A stretch of DNA of 40,415 nt from Acidimicrobiia bacterium (lineage in GTDB: Bacteria > Actinomycetota > Acidimicrobiia > IMCC26256 > JAGPDB01), in assembly GCA_035329685.1 (NCBI GenBank), contig DAOLGI010000001.1:33824-74238 (forward strand). Direction: 5' to 3'. Position 1 is the first letter of the stretch; the number at the start of each line of letters is the position of its first letter. The notes below the pieces were generated by a model. That model did no database searches, was not told where the DNA came from, and was given only the letters and a program-made list of their open reading frames with translations. The position numbers and the translations under genes were made by a program. This document shows positions 24,529 through 33,305 of this stretch, piece by piece.

Positions 24529-27081
24529 GTGACTTTTCCCGCAAACGTTTTCGCAGCAACAGTACTGCCCGATATTGACGACACCTCAGATAAGCGCAAC
24601 CCGCTCGACCACATTCTCGATTCCCTGAACGATTCTCAACGCGAAGCCGTGACGTACGGTAATGGGCCCCTTCTTGTAGTTGCCGGTGCCGGTTCGGGAA
24701 AAACGAGAGTGCTGACTCGACGCATTGCCTATTTGATTGCGCAGGGCGGTGTTTCACCATACGAGATTCTTGCTATTACCTTTACGAATAAAGCTGCTGC
24801 GGAAATGGTGGAGCGCGTAGCACAGGTTGTAGGTCCGATTGCCTCCCGAATGTGGGTTTCTACCTTTCACTCAGCGTGCGCGCGAATTCTCCGAATGGAT
24901 GGAGAAGCCGTCGGGATTAAAAGTGGGTTCTCTATTTATGATGTGTCAGATTCCACGCGTCTTGTTGACTATGCCCGGCGCGATATTGGGGCTGACTCCA
25001 AGCGTTTCACAGCCAAAACTTTGCAGCGGACGATTTCTTCCATGAAAAATGAACTGATAACACCAGCTCAGGCTTTAGAACGTGCCGAGATGGATACTCA
25101 AGTCACCATTGCTAAAGTCTATGCAGAATACGAGCAACGTCTTCGTGCGGCGAATGCCGCCGATTTCGATGATCTACTTGTGAAGTGTGTGGAATTACTC
25201 CGCGATCACGATCACGCACGAGATAAATATCAAAATCGATTTTCGCATGTTCTCGTCGATGAATTTCAAGATACCAACATGGCACAGTCTGAACTTGTGA
25301 ATCTCTTATCTCAGAAAAACCGCAATGTCACAGTTGTCGGTGATGCTGATCAGTCCATCTATAAATTTCGTGGTGCAGATCATCTCAATATGGAACGATT
25401 TGAGGAAAGCTACCCCGATACTCACGTAGTGATTCTGAATACGAATTATCGTTCGACGGAGAACATTTTGGCTGCGGCAAATGCTGTTATATCGAACAAT
25501 TCTTCACGACATAAAAAAGAATTGATCTCCGACAAAGGTGAAGGTGAACCGATCACGGTTTACTATGCAAATAGTGATCGCAACGAAGCCCAACATGTGG
25601 CAGATACCATCGGAAAATTGATGATGACACAATCGCTCGACACAATTGCTGTTTTTTATCGCACGAATGCGCAATCACGACTGATCGAAGAGCGTCTCAT
25701 TCGTCTTGGCATTTCATACCGTATTATCGGCGGGACGAAGTTTTTTGAACGGCGTGAAATCAAAGATGCGATTGCCTACTTGCGTGTCTTTGCTAACTCT
25801 TCCGACGAAGCTTCGTGGCGTCGCATAATTAATGAACCCAAACGGGGTATCGGTGATACTTCAATTTCCAAAATTGCGGCCTTTGCGCGAATGCACGACA
25901 TCTCCTTCCGGCAGGCCTTAGAGCGGGTCTACGAAATAGGCTTGTCAAAGAAGGCTTCTCAAGCCGCATTAGGTCTCTGTTCATTGTTTGACGTCGCAGC
26001 CAATGGGGAGCGAATCAATGTTGCTGACATTGTGGACCATCTTCTCCATGCATCGGGCTATATCAAGATGCTTGAAGAAGAAAACTCGTTTGAATCCCAA
26101 GGCCGGTTGGAGAACCTCATTGAACTTGTTTCTCAAGCGCGAGAGTTTGATGTTGCTATTGATGTGAAGTGGAAAGATCAAAGAGAAAATGTTGCACAAG
26201 TATTTGATGGGCAGGCAGATTCCGTTGCACGTGTTTTTGCCGAAGAAGACGAACGCTTGCTTGATCCTGAATCACCGCATGATCGCGTCGGAGCATTTCT
26301 TGAAGCGGTTTCTCTGTTGGCAGAGTCAGATCAAGCCAATGCGAATGATGAAGCAGTGACCTTGATGACTCTTCATACGGCCAAAGGACTTGAATATTCC
26401 ACTGTGTTCATTGTGGGGCTCGAAGAAGGATTGTTTCCTCATGAACGCTCTATGGGCGATGTGTCTGAGCTCGAAGAAGAACGACGACTTTGCTATGTCG
26501 GTATTACCCGAGCAAAAGATCGACTGTTTTTAAGCTGTGCCCTGTCACGAATGACCTATGCCACCCCCGATTACTTTTCACCCAGCCGATTTTTGAAAGA
26601 AATACCAGCGGAACTAGTAAAGGCAATCCAGGATAAAGATTCCCCCAGCGAATTCATGAGTTCTCGTCAGCCTTCGGGCGCGACCTCGTCGTCGCGTTCT
26701 CGATATTCGCAGGTATATGACGATGTGATCTTTGATGATATTGATCCCGATGATGAACTGGGTGCCGGACGAATAATTGGGGGAAGTTCGGGTTTTGCGA
26801 CATCAGCACGTGTACGATCTCGTATTTGGGGTGATGTGAAAGATGAGGATGAGGACTCTGAAGCGCTGAGCTCAGTTGATGAAGTAAATGAATTAGAAAG
26901 TTCATTTGATGTCACGCCTTTTGTGTTGGGTGTTCATGTTCATCATGATAAATATGGCCAGGGGACTGTCACTAACGTAGAAGTCCATCGAAATGGCGAT
27001 ACTGCGATTACGGTGAGTTTTCCGAGTGATAAGACCAGAACATTCATGGCTTCACTCGATCCTCCGTTGACGCTTATCTGA
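24529..27081 (+). CDS. pcrA: ATP-dependent DNA helicase PcrA/UvrD (SF1A)
   Basis: 850 aa containing AGAGSGKT, VDEFQDTN, VGDADQSIYKFRGA, TLHTAKGLE and CYVGITRAK, followed by an acidic linker and a C-terminal Tudor-like domain (HHDKYGQGTV). Confidence 0.9.
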   Translation: MTFPANVFAATVLPDIDDTSDKRNPLDHILDSLNDSQREAVTYGNGPLLVVAGAGSGKTRVLTRRIAYLIAQGGVSPYEILAITFTNKAAAEMVERVAQVVGPIASRMWVSTFHSACARILRMDGEAVGIKSGFSIYDVSDSTRLVDYARRDIGADSKRFTAKTLQRTISSMKNELITPAQALERAEMDTQVTIAKVYAEYEQRLRAANAADFDDLLVKCVELLRDHDHARDKYQNRFSHVLVDEFQDTNMAQSELVNLLSQKNRNVTVVGDADQSIYKFRGADHLNMERFEESYPDTHVVILNTNYRSTENILAAANAVISNNSSRHKKELISDKGEGEPITVYYANSDRNEAQHVADTIGKLMMTQSLDTIAVFYRTNAQSRLIEERLIRLGISYRIIGGTKFFERREIKDAIAYLRVFANSSDEASWRRIINEPKRGIGDTSISKIAAFARMHDISFRQALERVYEIGLSKKASQAALGLCSLFDVAANGERINVADIVDHLLHASGYIKMLEEENSFESQGRLENLIELVSQAREFDVAIDVKWKDQRENVAQVFDGQADSVARVFAEEDERLLDPESPHDRVGAFLEAVSLLAESDQANANDEAVTLMTLHTAKGLEYSTVFIVGLEEGLFPHERSMGDVSELEEERRLCYVGITRAKDRLFLSCALSRMTYATPDYFSPSRFLKEIPAELVKAIQDKDSPSEFMSSRQPSGATSSSRSRYSQVYDDVIFDDIDPDDELGAGRIIGGSSGFATSARVRSRIWGDVKDEDEDSEALSSVDEVNELESSFDVTPFVLGVHVHHDKYGQGTVTNVEVHRNGDTAITVSFPSDKTRTFMASLDPPLTLI

Positions 27082-27098
27082 TTCTGATTTCTTCAACT

Positions 27099-27153
27099 GT
27101 CATCCTGAGAGCACATACGTCATCCTGAGTGCAGCAAAGGATCTTTAGCTGCA
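27099..27153 (+). repeat. Rep-A copy with duplicated GTCATCCTGAG head
   Basis: GTCATCCTGAGAGCACATACGTCATCCTGAGTGCAGCAAAGGATCTTTAGCTGCA, which includes a TGCAGC/GCTGCA stem. Confidence 0.85.
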
Positions 27154-27220
27154 ACACTGGGTGAAAACTTTTCATCTGATCGATTTGAATGAGCAACACT
27201 GGCCTATTAGAATGTCTCGA

Positions 27221-28309
27221 ATGACCGTTTTAGGAAGAGATCACCCAGAAGATGTAAGAACATGGATGGAACTTCAACATGGTCAATGGGTAACGCCAAC
27301 CGAAATTCAGCGAGCTATTCTCAATCACTGGGGAATCACTGATGTCGTTATCGGTGAGAGAATGGCAACAGGTGAAGCAACTGAAGTGTACCGCGTGCAC
27401 AAAAGGCCTACCGAAGGCCAGGATGACGGACTTTTAGGCTATCTCAGGATTGCTAATCATGGTGGTCTGAACGATGCGGAAATTATATTAATGGAGGCAT
27501 GCCGTGCTGCAGGCTTGCCCAGTGTGGAATTATTACATTCTTCTCCATATCAATTACGCAACGGTCAAATATCGTCTGATCTGGGCGCAACTTTCCTTGC
27601 TCCAGCGGTAGGTCTAAACCTTGCTGAGGCTATTGAGCAAGGTACCTACGACATTGAAGTAATAAATACGGCGTTGCGTAATGCGGGCGCGTTGCTAGCT
27701 CACATTCATAGTTTACCTGATGTTAATGTCGGTGTTGCTCAAGCGGTCGAGCGGGGTTTGGCGAGAAGTCAGAGAGATGATTTTAGTCGTGACTTAGCTT
27801 TTCTTCGAAGGACGATGCAGTACATTCCAGAAGCAACTCCTCTTTTACAACACATTAAACAAGCAGCACGTGATCATAAAGCAGGACTTGCGGATATACA
27901 GAGCAAATATCCACGCGCATTGGTGCATGCCGACTTTGATCCGAAGCATCTTTTCTTTGATCCATTGACTGGCGATATTACATCTCTTATCGATTTTGGC
28001 GGTGCACACGTAAATGTTGCGCATGCCGATTTCTTTCATTGGAAAACATTTTCTCCTATGACGTACGAGGTTTTTCTTGATGCTTATCTCGATGAGAGAT
28101 TTGGCTTTGACTTAATTGATGCGCAAGAATTCGAAGCTGAAATTGACTTGGCATATGCGGCTTGTAATTTAAGGTCAGCATGTGTACGGATGGATCAGCT
28201 GCTTGTAAATGAAGCAGTAGGCCATTTACATAATTGTGCAAGCGCTTGTGATCGTATTGCGCCCAGGGTAAAGGTACCCACAGCATCTGAAGGTGCCCTG
28301 TCCTATTAA
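27221..28309 (+). CDS. APH/choline-kinase-family phosphotransferase-like protein, paralog 1
   Basis: Contains a Gly-rich ATGEATEVYRV, the catalytic-loop-like HADFDPKH and IDFGGAH. I chose the start at the ATG shared with paralog 2; the ORF remains open upstream to GTG 27161. Confidence 0.6.
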   Translation: MTVLGRDHPEDVRTWMELQHGQWVTPTEIQRAILNHWGITDVVIGERMATGEATEVYRVHKRPTEGQDDGLLGYLRIANHGGLNDAEIILMEACRAAGLPSVELLHSSPYQLRNGQISSDLGATFLAPAVGLNLAEAIEQGTYDIEVINTALRNAGALLAHIHSLPDVNVGVAQAVERGLARSQRDDFSRDLAFLRRTMQYIPEATPLLQHIKQAARDHKAGLADIQSKYPRALVHADFDPKHLFFDPLTGDITSLIDFGGAHVNVAHADFFHWKTFSPMTYEVFLDAYLDERFGFDLIDAQEFEAEIDLAYAACNLRSACVRMDQLLVNEAVGHLHNCASACDRIAPRVKVPTASEGALSY

Positions 28310-28370
28310 TATGATTCAAGTTACCATTACTTTTTGACTAAAAAGGCCAGATGTCGATAGAATGTCTTGA

Positions 28371-29447
28371 ATGACCGTTTTAGGAAGAGACCATGAAGAT
28401 GATATTGCTCTTTTTTTCAGAAGCCAACATCGTATATGGACAACTCAAAAAGGTGCACGTAAGAAGATTCTCGCAAGTTGGGGGATAAAAAACTTTTCTA
28501 TAGGGAAACGAATTGCTACCGGTGAAGCGAGCGAGGTTTACCCTGTTAACGATAAATCAACTAAAAAATTGTTGGGTTATTTACGAATTGCTCATCGGGG
28601 AGCAGGGAGTCGTAACGGATGCGAAGTCACTCTTATGAAGGCTTGCGACGAGGCAGGTTTGCCCAGTGTGCGATTATTGCATTCTGCGGATTTGTCACGG
28701 GCAAATGGTAAATCCCCTATTGAAGGAGCAATAACCTTTGTAGCCCCTGCACGTGGAATGAATCTTCAAGAGGCCATTTTGATGCCGGGTATAGCTCAAG
28801 GGCTCATTCGAAATGCAGTTCATAATTCAGGCATTTTTCTCGCAGAGATGCATTTGCTCAGAGACCGCGATCCTGCAGTGGAAAAAATGGTAAGTAAATT
28901 TTCATATGCAGAAGCCTCAACTCAACTGGGTAAATTTTTTAATAAAGCAAGAAAAACGTTACGGCGTTTAGATGAGACTAAAGAACAATTCGCAGCTATC
29001 GACGACGCTTTCCTCCAGGTATGGGAAGGGCTTGCACGTCTTTATCAAGAATATCCTCTTGTTTTAATACATTCCGATCTTGAACCGAAACATGTTTTCT
29101 TTAATATCAATCGGGGTGAGCTTCTAAATGTGATTGATTTTGGTAGCGCGCATGTCAATATTCCACACTTCGATTTGCTCAACTGGAAAACTTTTTCGCC
29201 GGAAACATTCGACGAATTTGCCCAATCATATCTCGATGCCCGATTTGGAAGTGACTACGAGAGAGCATCGCACTTCATGGAGGAACTTGATTTTGCGGAG
29301 ACTGTGTGGCAATTAGATTGGGCGCTCTATCGCATGGAGCACCTCCTCGTTGCTGAAGCATGCGGGCATGTGCAATTGGCGGGCGAAGCATGTCGCCGCA
29401 TTATTGCAAGAGATTTACAACCACATCGAGATTTGGGACATCCGTAA
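28371..29447 (+). CDS. APH/choline-kinase-family phosphotransferase-like protein, paralog 2
   Basis: 358 aa, collinear with paralog 1 (ATGEASEVYPV, LLGYLRIA, HSDLEPKH, IDFGSAH). Confidence 0.6.
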   Translation: MTVLGRDHEDDIALFFRSQHRIWTTQKGARKKILASWGIKNFSIGKRIATGEASEVYPVNDKSTKKLLGYLRIAHRGAGSRNGCEVTLMKACDEAGLPSVRLLHSADLSRANGKSPIEGAITFVAPARGMNLQEAILMPGIAQGLIRNAVHNSGIFLAEMHLLRDRDPAVEKMVSKFSYAEASTQLGKFFNKARKTLRRLDETKEQFAAIDDAFLQVWEGLARLYQEYPLVLIHSDLEPKHVFFNINRGELLNVIDFGSAHVNIPHFDLLNWKTFSPETFDEFAQSYLDARFGSDYERASHFMEELDFAETVWQLDWALYRMEHLLVAEACGHVQLAGEACRRIIARDLQPHRDLGHP

Positions 29448-29543
29448 AGAGTATTTCTGTACTGATTTTCGATTCTTTCTTCCCGCTCGAGTAGCGTAAG
29501 GACTCGCATTTCCTAATAAATATCGTTTCGTACGAGGAGCACA

Positions 29544-30698
29544 ATGGATCTTTTGGAATATCAAGGTAAGGAGCTTTTTGCTACCTTTGACATCCCCGTT
29601 AGCGCTGGTAAAGCGGTCACGGATGTTGATAGTGCAGTAGTAGCGGCTAGCGAAGTGGGATATCCCGTTGTCGTTAAGGCCCAGGTACTTGTTGGTGGCC
29701 GCGGAAAAGCGGGCGGTGTCAAACTTGCTACCAATGAAGACGAATGCCGCGAACACGCCACAAACATTTTGGGTCTCGATATCAAAGGCCATATTGTCAA
29801 AACAATCTGGATCGAACATGCGAGCGATATCGAAAAAGAATATTACGCAAGTTTCACACTTGATCGTGCAGCAAAAAAGCATCTCGGTATGCTCTCGGCA
29901 GAGGGTGGAGTCGAAATAGAGATAATCGCAGAAGAGAATCCTGATGCAATTGCAAAGATTTGGATCGACCCTTTCATTGGATTAACCAGAGAGCAATGCA
30001 CAGTATGGGTCAACGATGCCAACCTAGATGAAGAAGCACGAGCTGGCTCCGTCGACATCTTGATGAATCTTTACAGGGCATACGTTGAAGGCGATACTGA
30101 CCTGGCTGAAATCAATCCATTGATTCTGACACCAGAAGGTAAGGTTCATGCACTGGATGCCAAAGTGACGCTTGATGAAAATGCTGAGTTCCGTCATCCT
30201 GAATGGGCAGCTTATGAAGGAACGCAAGAACTCGATTCGCGCGAACTCATGGCAAAGGAAAAAGGTCTTAATTACATTGGTCTCGATGGAGAAATCGGAA
30301 TCATTGGCAACGGTGCGGGTCTCGTGATGTCGACTCTCGATATTGTCAACCAAGTGGGCGGTCGTCCAGCGAACTTTTTGGATGTGGGTGGTGGCGCCGG
30401 TGCTGACCTTCTCGCGAATGCAATTGAAGTCGTCAACAGTGATGAAAAAGTAAAAGCAATTTTCTTGAACATCTTTGGTGGAATTACAAAATGTGATGAT
30501 GTTGCCAACGGGGTTGTTGAAGCTACATCACGCGTGAATCTCACTTCTCCCATTGTTGTTCGTTTAGATGGAACAAACGTAGAAGAAGGTCGCGCAATCT
30601 TGGCTGCAAATCCCAATCCAATGGTGGTATCAGCTCCGACCATGCTCGACGCTGCGCGCAAAGCTGTTGAATTATCGGTTAAGGCCGAGGAAGGTTAG
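29544..30698 (+). CDS. sucC: Succinyl-CoA synthetase beta subunit
   Basis: 384 aa starting MDLLEYQGKELF, with an ATP-grasp domain, and containing GNGAGLVMSTLD and NIFGGITKCD. Confidence 0.95.
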   Translation: MDLLEYQGKELFATFDIPVSAGKAVTDVDSAVVAASEVGYPVVVKAQVLVGGRGKAGGVKLATNEDECREHATNILGLDIKGHIVKTIWIEHASDIEKEYYASFTLDRAAKKHLGMLSAEGGVEIEIIAEENPDAIAKIWIDPFIGLTREQCTVWVNDANLDEEARAGSVDILMNLYRAYVEGDTDLAEINPLILTPEGKVHALDAKVTLDENAEFRHPEWAAYEGTQELDSRELMAKEKGLNYIGLDGEIGIIGNGAGLVMSTLDIVNQVGGRPANFLDVGGGAGADLLANAIEVVNSDEKVKAIFLNIFGGITKCDDVANGVVEATSRVNLTSPIVVRLDGTNVEEGRAILAANPNPMVVSAPTMLDAARKAVELSVKAEEG

Positions 30699-30700
30699 CG

Positions 30701-31591
30701 ATGAGTATTTTTGTTGATAAAGACACAAAAGTTATTTACCAAGGACTCACCGGTTCGCAAGGGCACTTCCATGGAATGCGTAATAAGGAATACGGAACGC
30801 AGGTTGTTGCAGGAACAAACCCTAAAAAAGCAGGTACGGATGTTGAAGGTGTTCCTGTATATGGAACAGTTGCCGAAGCGAAAGCAGCAACAGGCGCTAC
30901 CGCGAGCTGTATTTTTATCCCTGCTCCTGGAGTTAAAGGGGCGGTGCTCGAAGCAGCAGAAGCAGGAATTGAATTCATTGTCGTTATCACGGAAGGTGTT
31001 CCGAGTCACGACGAAGCCCAGTTTTACAACCAAGTAAAAACAGAACATCCGAACACGTTTATTCTTGGTCCTAACTGTCCTGGAATCATTACGCCGGGTG
31101 AATGTAACATAGGAATTATTCCTGGACAGATTGCACTCGCGGGTGGACCCGTCGGTGTTGTTTCTCGTTCCGGAACTCTGACCTACCAAGCCGTTCATGA
31201 ACTCTCACAACGAGGTATTGGTCAAACCACGTGTGTGGGTATTGGGGGGGACCCTGTTCCCGGCGTGACACACATTGATTGTTTGGAGCGATTTGAAGCT
31301 GACCCAGATACCAAGGCTGTTATCTTGATTGGTGAAATTGGTGGTTCTGCTGAAGAAGATGCAGCGCAATTCATTGCCAACAAAATGACGAAACCTGTTG
31401 TTGCTTACATTGCGGGTGTTACAGCACCTGCGGGAAAGAAAATGGGCCATGCCGGCGCAATCATTTCTGGAGGTAAGGGTACAGCACAAGGCAAGATGGA
31501 TGCGCTTACGGCTGCTGGAGCAACCGTAGTGATGAACCCAACGGAAATTGGTGCTGCAATGGCAGACGTGATCGCAGGCTTTACACCATAG
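30701..31591 (+). CDS. sucD: Succinyl-CoA synthetase alpha subunit
   Basis: 296 aa containing [17 protein letters not shown] and the phosphohistidine motif MGHAGAI. The stop TAG forms the first bases of a Rep-C copy. Confidence 0.95.
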   Translation: MSIFVDKDTKVIYQGLTGSQGHFHGMRNKEYGTQVVAGTNPKKAGTDVEGVPVYGTVAEAKAATGATASCIFIPAPGVKGAVLEAAEAGIEFIVVITEGVPSHDEAQFYNQVKTEHPNTFILGPNCPGIITPGECNIGIIPGQIALAGGPVGVVSRSGTLTYQAVHELSQRGIGQTTCVGIGGDPVPGVTHIDCLERFEADPDTKAVILIGEIGGSAEEDAAQFIANKMTKPVVAYIAGVTAPAGKKMGHAGAIISGGKGTAQGKMDALTAAGATVVMNPTEIGAAMADVIAGFTP

Positions 31592-31688
31592 GGTTGGACC
31601 TTGGAAACGAGATTTTGTGCGACGAGCTGTAGTCCAAGGTCCGGCCCTCCCGGGAAGCACCGAAAGTAGCAGCAGTTCGTTCAGTCAT
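31589..31688 (+). repeat. Rep-C full unit starting at the sucD stop codon
   Basis: TAGGGTTGGACCTTGGA..apex..TCCAAGGTCCGGCCCTCCCG-GGAAGCACCGAAAGT-AGCAGCAGTTCGTTCAGTCAT, with a 15-bp stem 31591-31605 / 31633-31647. Confidence 0.9.
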
Positions 31689-31740
31689 CGCCGATATTTT
31701 GGTGGCGATTGTCTAAAGTTGTACTTCATATTGTCGAAAG

Positions 31741-32121
31741 ATGCCTATGAACGATACGCCTGACATTTCAGATGCCCAGGAGCAAGAAGACGGAGCCACG
31801 CCACCTCCTAGGGCAATGCCCATAGACCCTGAGGTCGGAGCGTATTATTCCAATCTCCAAAACACTGGAGTTTCTGCCCAAAAAACTGATGGGTTTGCTA
31901 TTACTTCGCTTGTCTTCGGACTTATTCCGTGTGGACTTATTTCCGGGCTATGTGCAGTCATTTTTGGGGTAAAGGCTCAGCGACGAATAAAAAAAAGCAA
32001 CGGAGCTACCAAAGGAGAGGGTTTAGCTCGTGCCGGGATCATACTTGGTTCGATACAACTTGTTGCCATCTTTATCTTCCTTATTGTTGATATGATCGAT
32101 TTACTGAACACTGGATTGTGA
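31741..32121 (+). CDS. DUF4190-like small membrane protein
   Basis: 126 aa with an acidic/Pro N-terminus and two TM segments flanking a basic loop (KAQRRIKKSNGATKG). It is a paralog of the next gene and shares the G(A/T)YYSN motif. Confidence 0.6.
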   Translation: MPMNDTPDISDAQEQEDGATPPPRAMPIDPEVGAYYSNLQNTGVSAQKTDGFAITSLVFGLIPCGLISGLCAVIFGVKAQRRIKKSNGATKGEGLARAGIILGSIQLVAIFIFLIVDMIDLLNTGL

Positions 32122-32124
32122 GAT

Positions 32125-32625
32125 ATGACAGACGACAACGAAACTCCGAACGAAAGTAACGAACTGCCTTCGGCTGAATCGTCCGATGCACCTCATATTC
32201 CGCCGCCGAGCCCGTATGCTCAGCCGACTCAACCGCCTCCACCTCCTCCGCCTGTGGAAGTATCGCCGCCACCTCCACCGCCGCCGCCCATGGAACCAGT
32301 TGCCCCCCAGATGGGAACGTATTATTCCAATCAACAGGGCTATGTGGTTTCTGGCCCCAAGAACGATCCTTTTGCAGTTACCTCGATGGTCGTGGGAATC
32401 GTGGGTGTGCCGCTGTCTTGTTGTTGCACGCCTTTATCTTTCGTTTTGGGGATCATTGCAACAGTTTTTGGTGCACTATCCATGTCGAAAATTAAGAAGA
32501 TGCAAGGTCAACTGGGCGGACAAGGAATGGCAGTTGCAGGACTGGTTTTGGGAATTTGTGTAATTGGGCTATCGATTGCCTCCTTTGCATTCGGTGTTGT
32601 CAACTACACCGCAGACCTGGGCTAG
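32125..32625 (+). CDS. DUF4190-like membrane protein with poly-proline N-terminus
   Basis: 166 aa with PPPPPPPVEVSPPPPPPPP, then the same two-TM module (SMSKIKKMQGQLGGQG loop). Confidence 0.6.
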   Translation: MTDDNETPNESNELPSAESSDAPHIPPPSPYAQPTQPPPPPPPVEVSPPPPPPPPMEPVAPQMGTYYSNQQGYVVSGPKNDPFAVTSMVVGIVGVPLSCCCTPLSFVLGIIATVFGALSMSKIKKMQGQLGGQGMAVAGLVLGICVIGLSIASFAFGVVNYTADLG

Positions 32626-32685
32626 CGTCACATTTACTTCTGCATTATTTCGCATTTTCACTGCGAAATGTGAGAGCATGAATAC

Positions 32686-33291
32686 TTGAATTCACCTCAT
32701 GCGTCCGGCTCTGCAGTAAATATCGCAGTACTCGTTTCCGGCTCGGGAACGAATCTTCAAGCCATCATCGATGATGGAATTACTGTTGCCCTTGTGCTGT
32801 GCGATCGTCCTGACATTCCTTCAATTGATCGGGCGAACAAAGCGGGAATTGAATTCTGTGTTGTGGATCGATCACTCTACAAGGGTAGACGCGAAGAGTT
32901 TACCCAAGCTGTTGTTGGTGAACTTGAAGCTCGCAATATTGACCTTGTGGTGATGGCGGGTTTCATGACAATTTTGACCCCTATTCTTTTTGAAAAATTT
33001 GAGGGATGCGTACTTAATATTCATCCGAGTTTGTTGCCTGCGTTTACGGGTACACATGGTCGAGGGACAATGACTGCTACTTTGGAATCTGGTGTCAAGG
33101 TAACGGGTGTTACTGTTCATATTGCTACCGCAGATGTGGACGCAGGGCCTATTCTCGCGCAGGAGTCTGTCGAAGTATTAGAAAATGATGATGAAGATTC
33201 ACTGCACGAGCGAATACAAAAAGTTGAGCATCGAATATATCCTCAAACAATTCGCCAATTTTGCGCCCAACATTTTAATAATCAAGAATAA
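32686..33291 (+). CDS. purN: Phosphoribosylglycinamide formyltransferase
   Basis: Contains VLVSGSGTNLQAII, NIHPSLLPAF and TVH..T..VDAGPI. The TTG start is the only in-frame option. Confidence 0.9.
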   Translation: MNSPHASGSAVNIAVLVSGSGTNLQAIIDDGITVALVLCDRPDIPSIDRANKAGIEFCVVDRSLYKGRREEFTQAVVGELEARNIDLVVMAGFMTILTPILFEKFEGCVLNIHPSLLPAFTGTHGRGTMTATLESGVKVTGVTVHIATADVDAGPILAQESVEVLENDDEDSLHERIQKVEHRIYPQTIRQFCAQHFNNQE

Positions 33292-33305
33292 CGAAAGGCC
33301 CCGTA

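Noticed and set aside
30192-30202. CGTCATCCTGA inside sucC, and TCATCCTGATGAC inside the NUDIX gene at 20051-20063, as possible in-CDS Rep-A insertions.
   Set aside because: In sucC the bases encode F-R-H-P-E within the conserved ..AEFRHPEW.. region of SucC, and no further Rep-A sequence follows. The NUDIX match is equally short. Both are chance or protein-driven matches.
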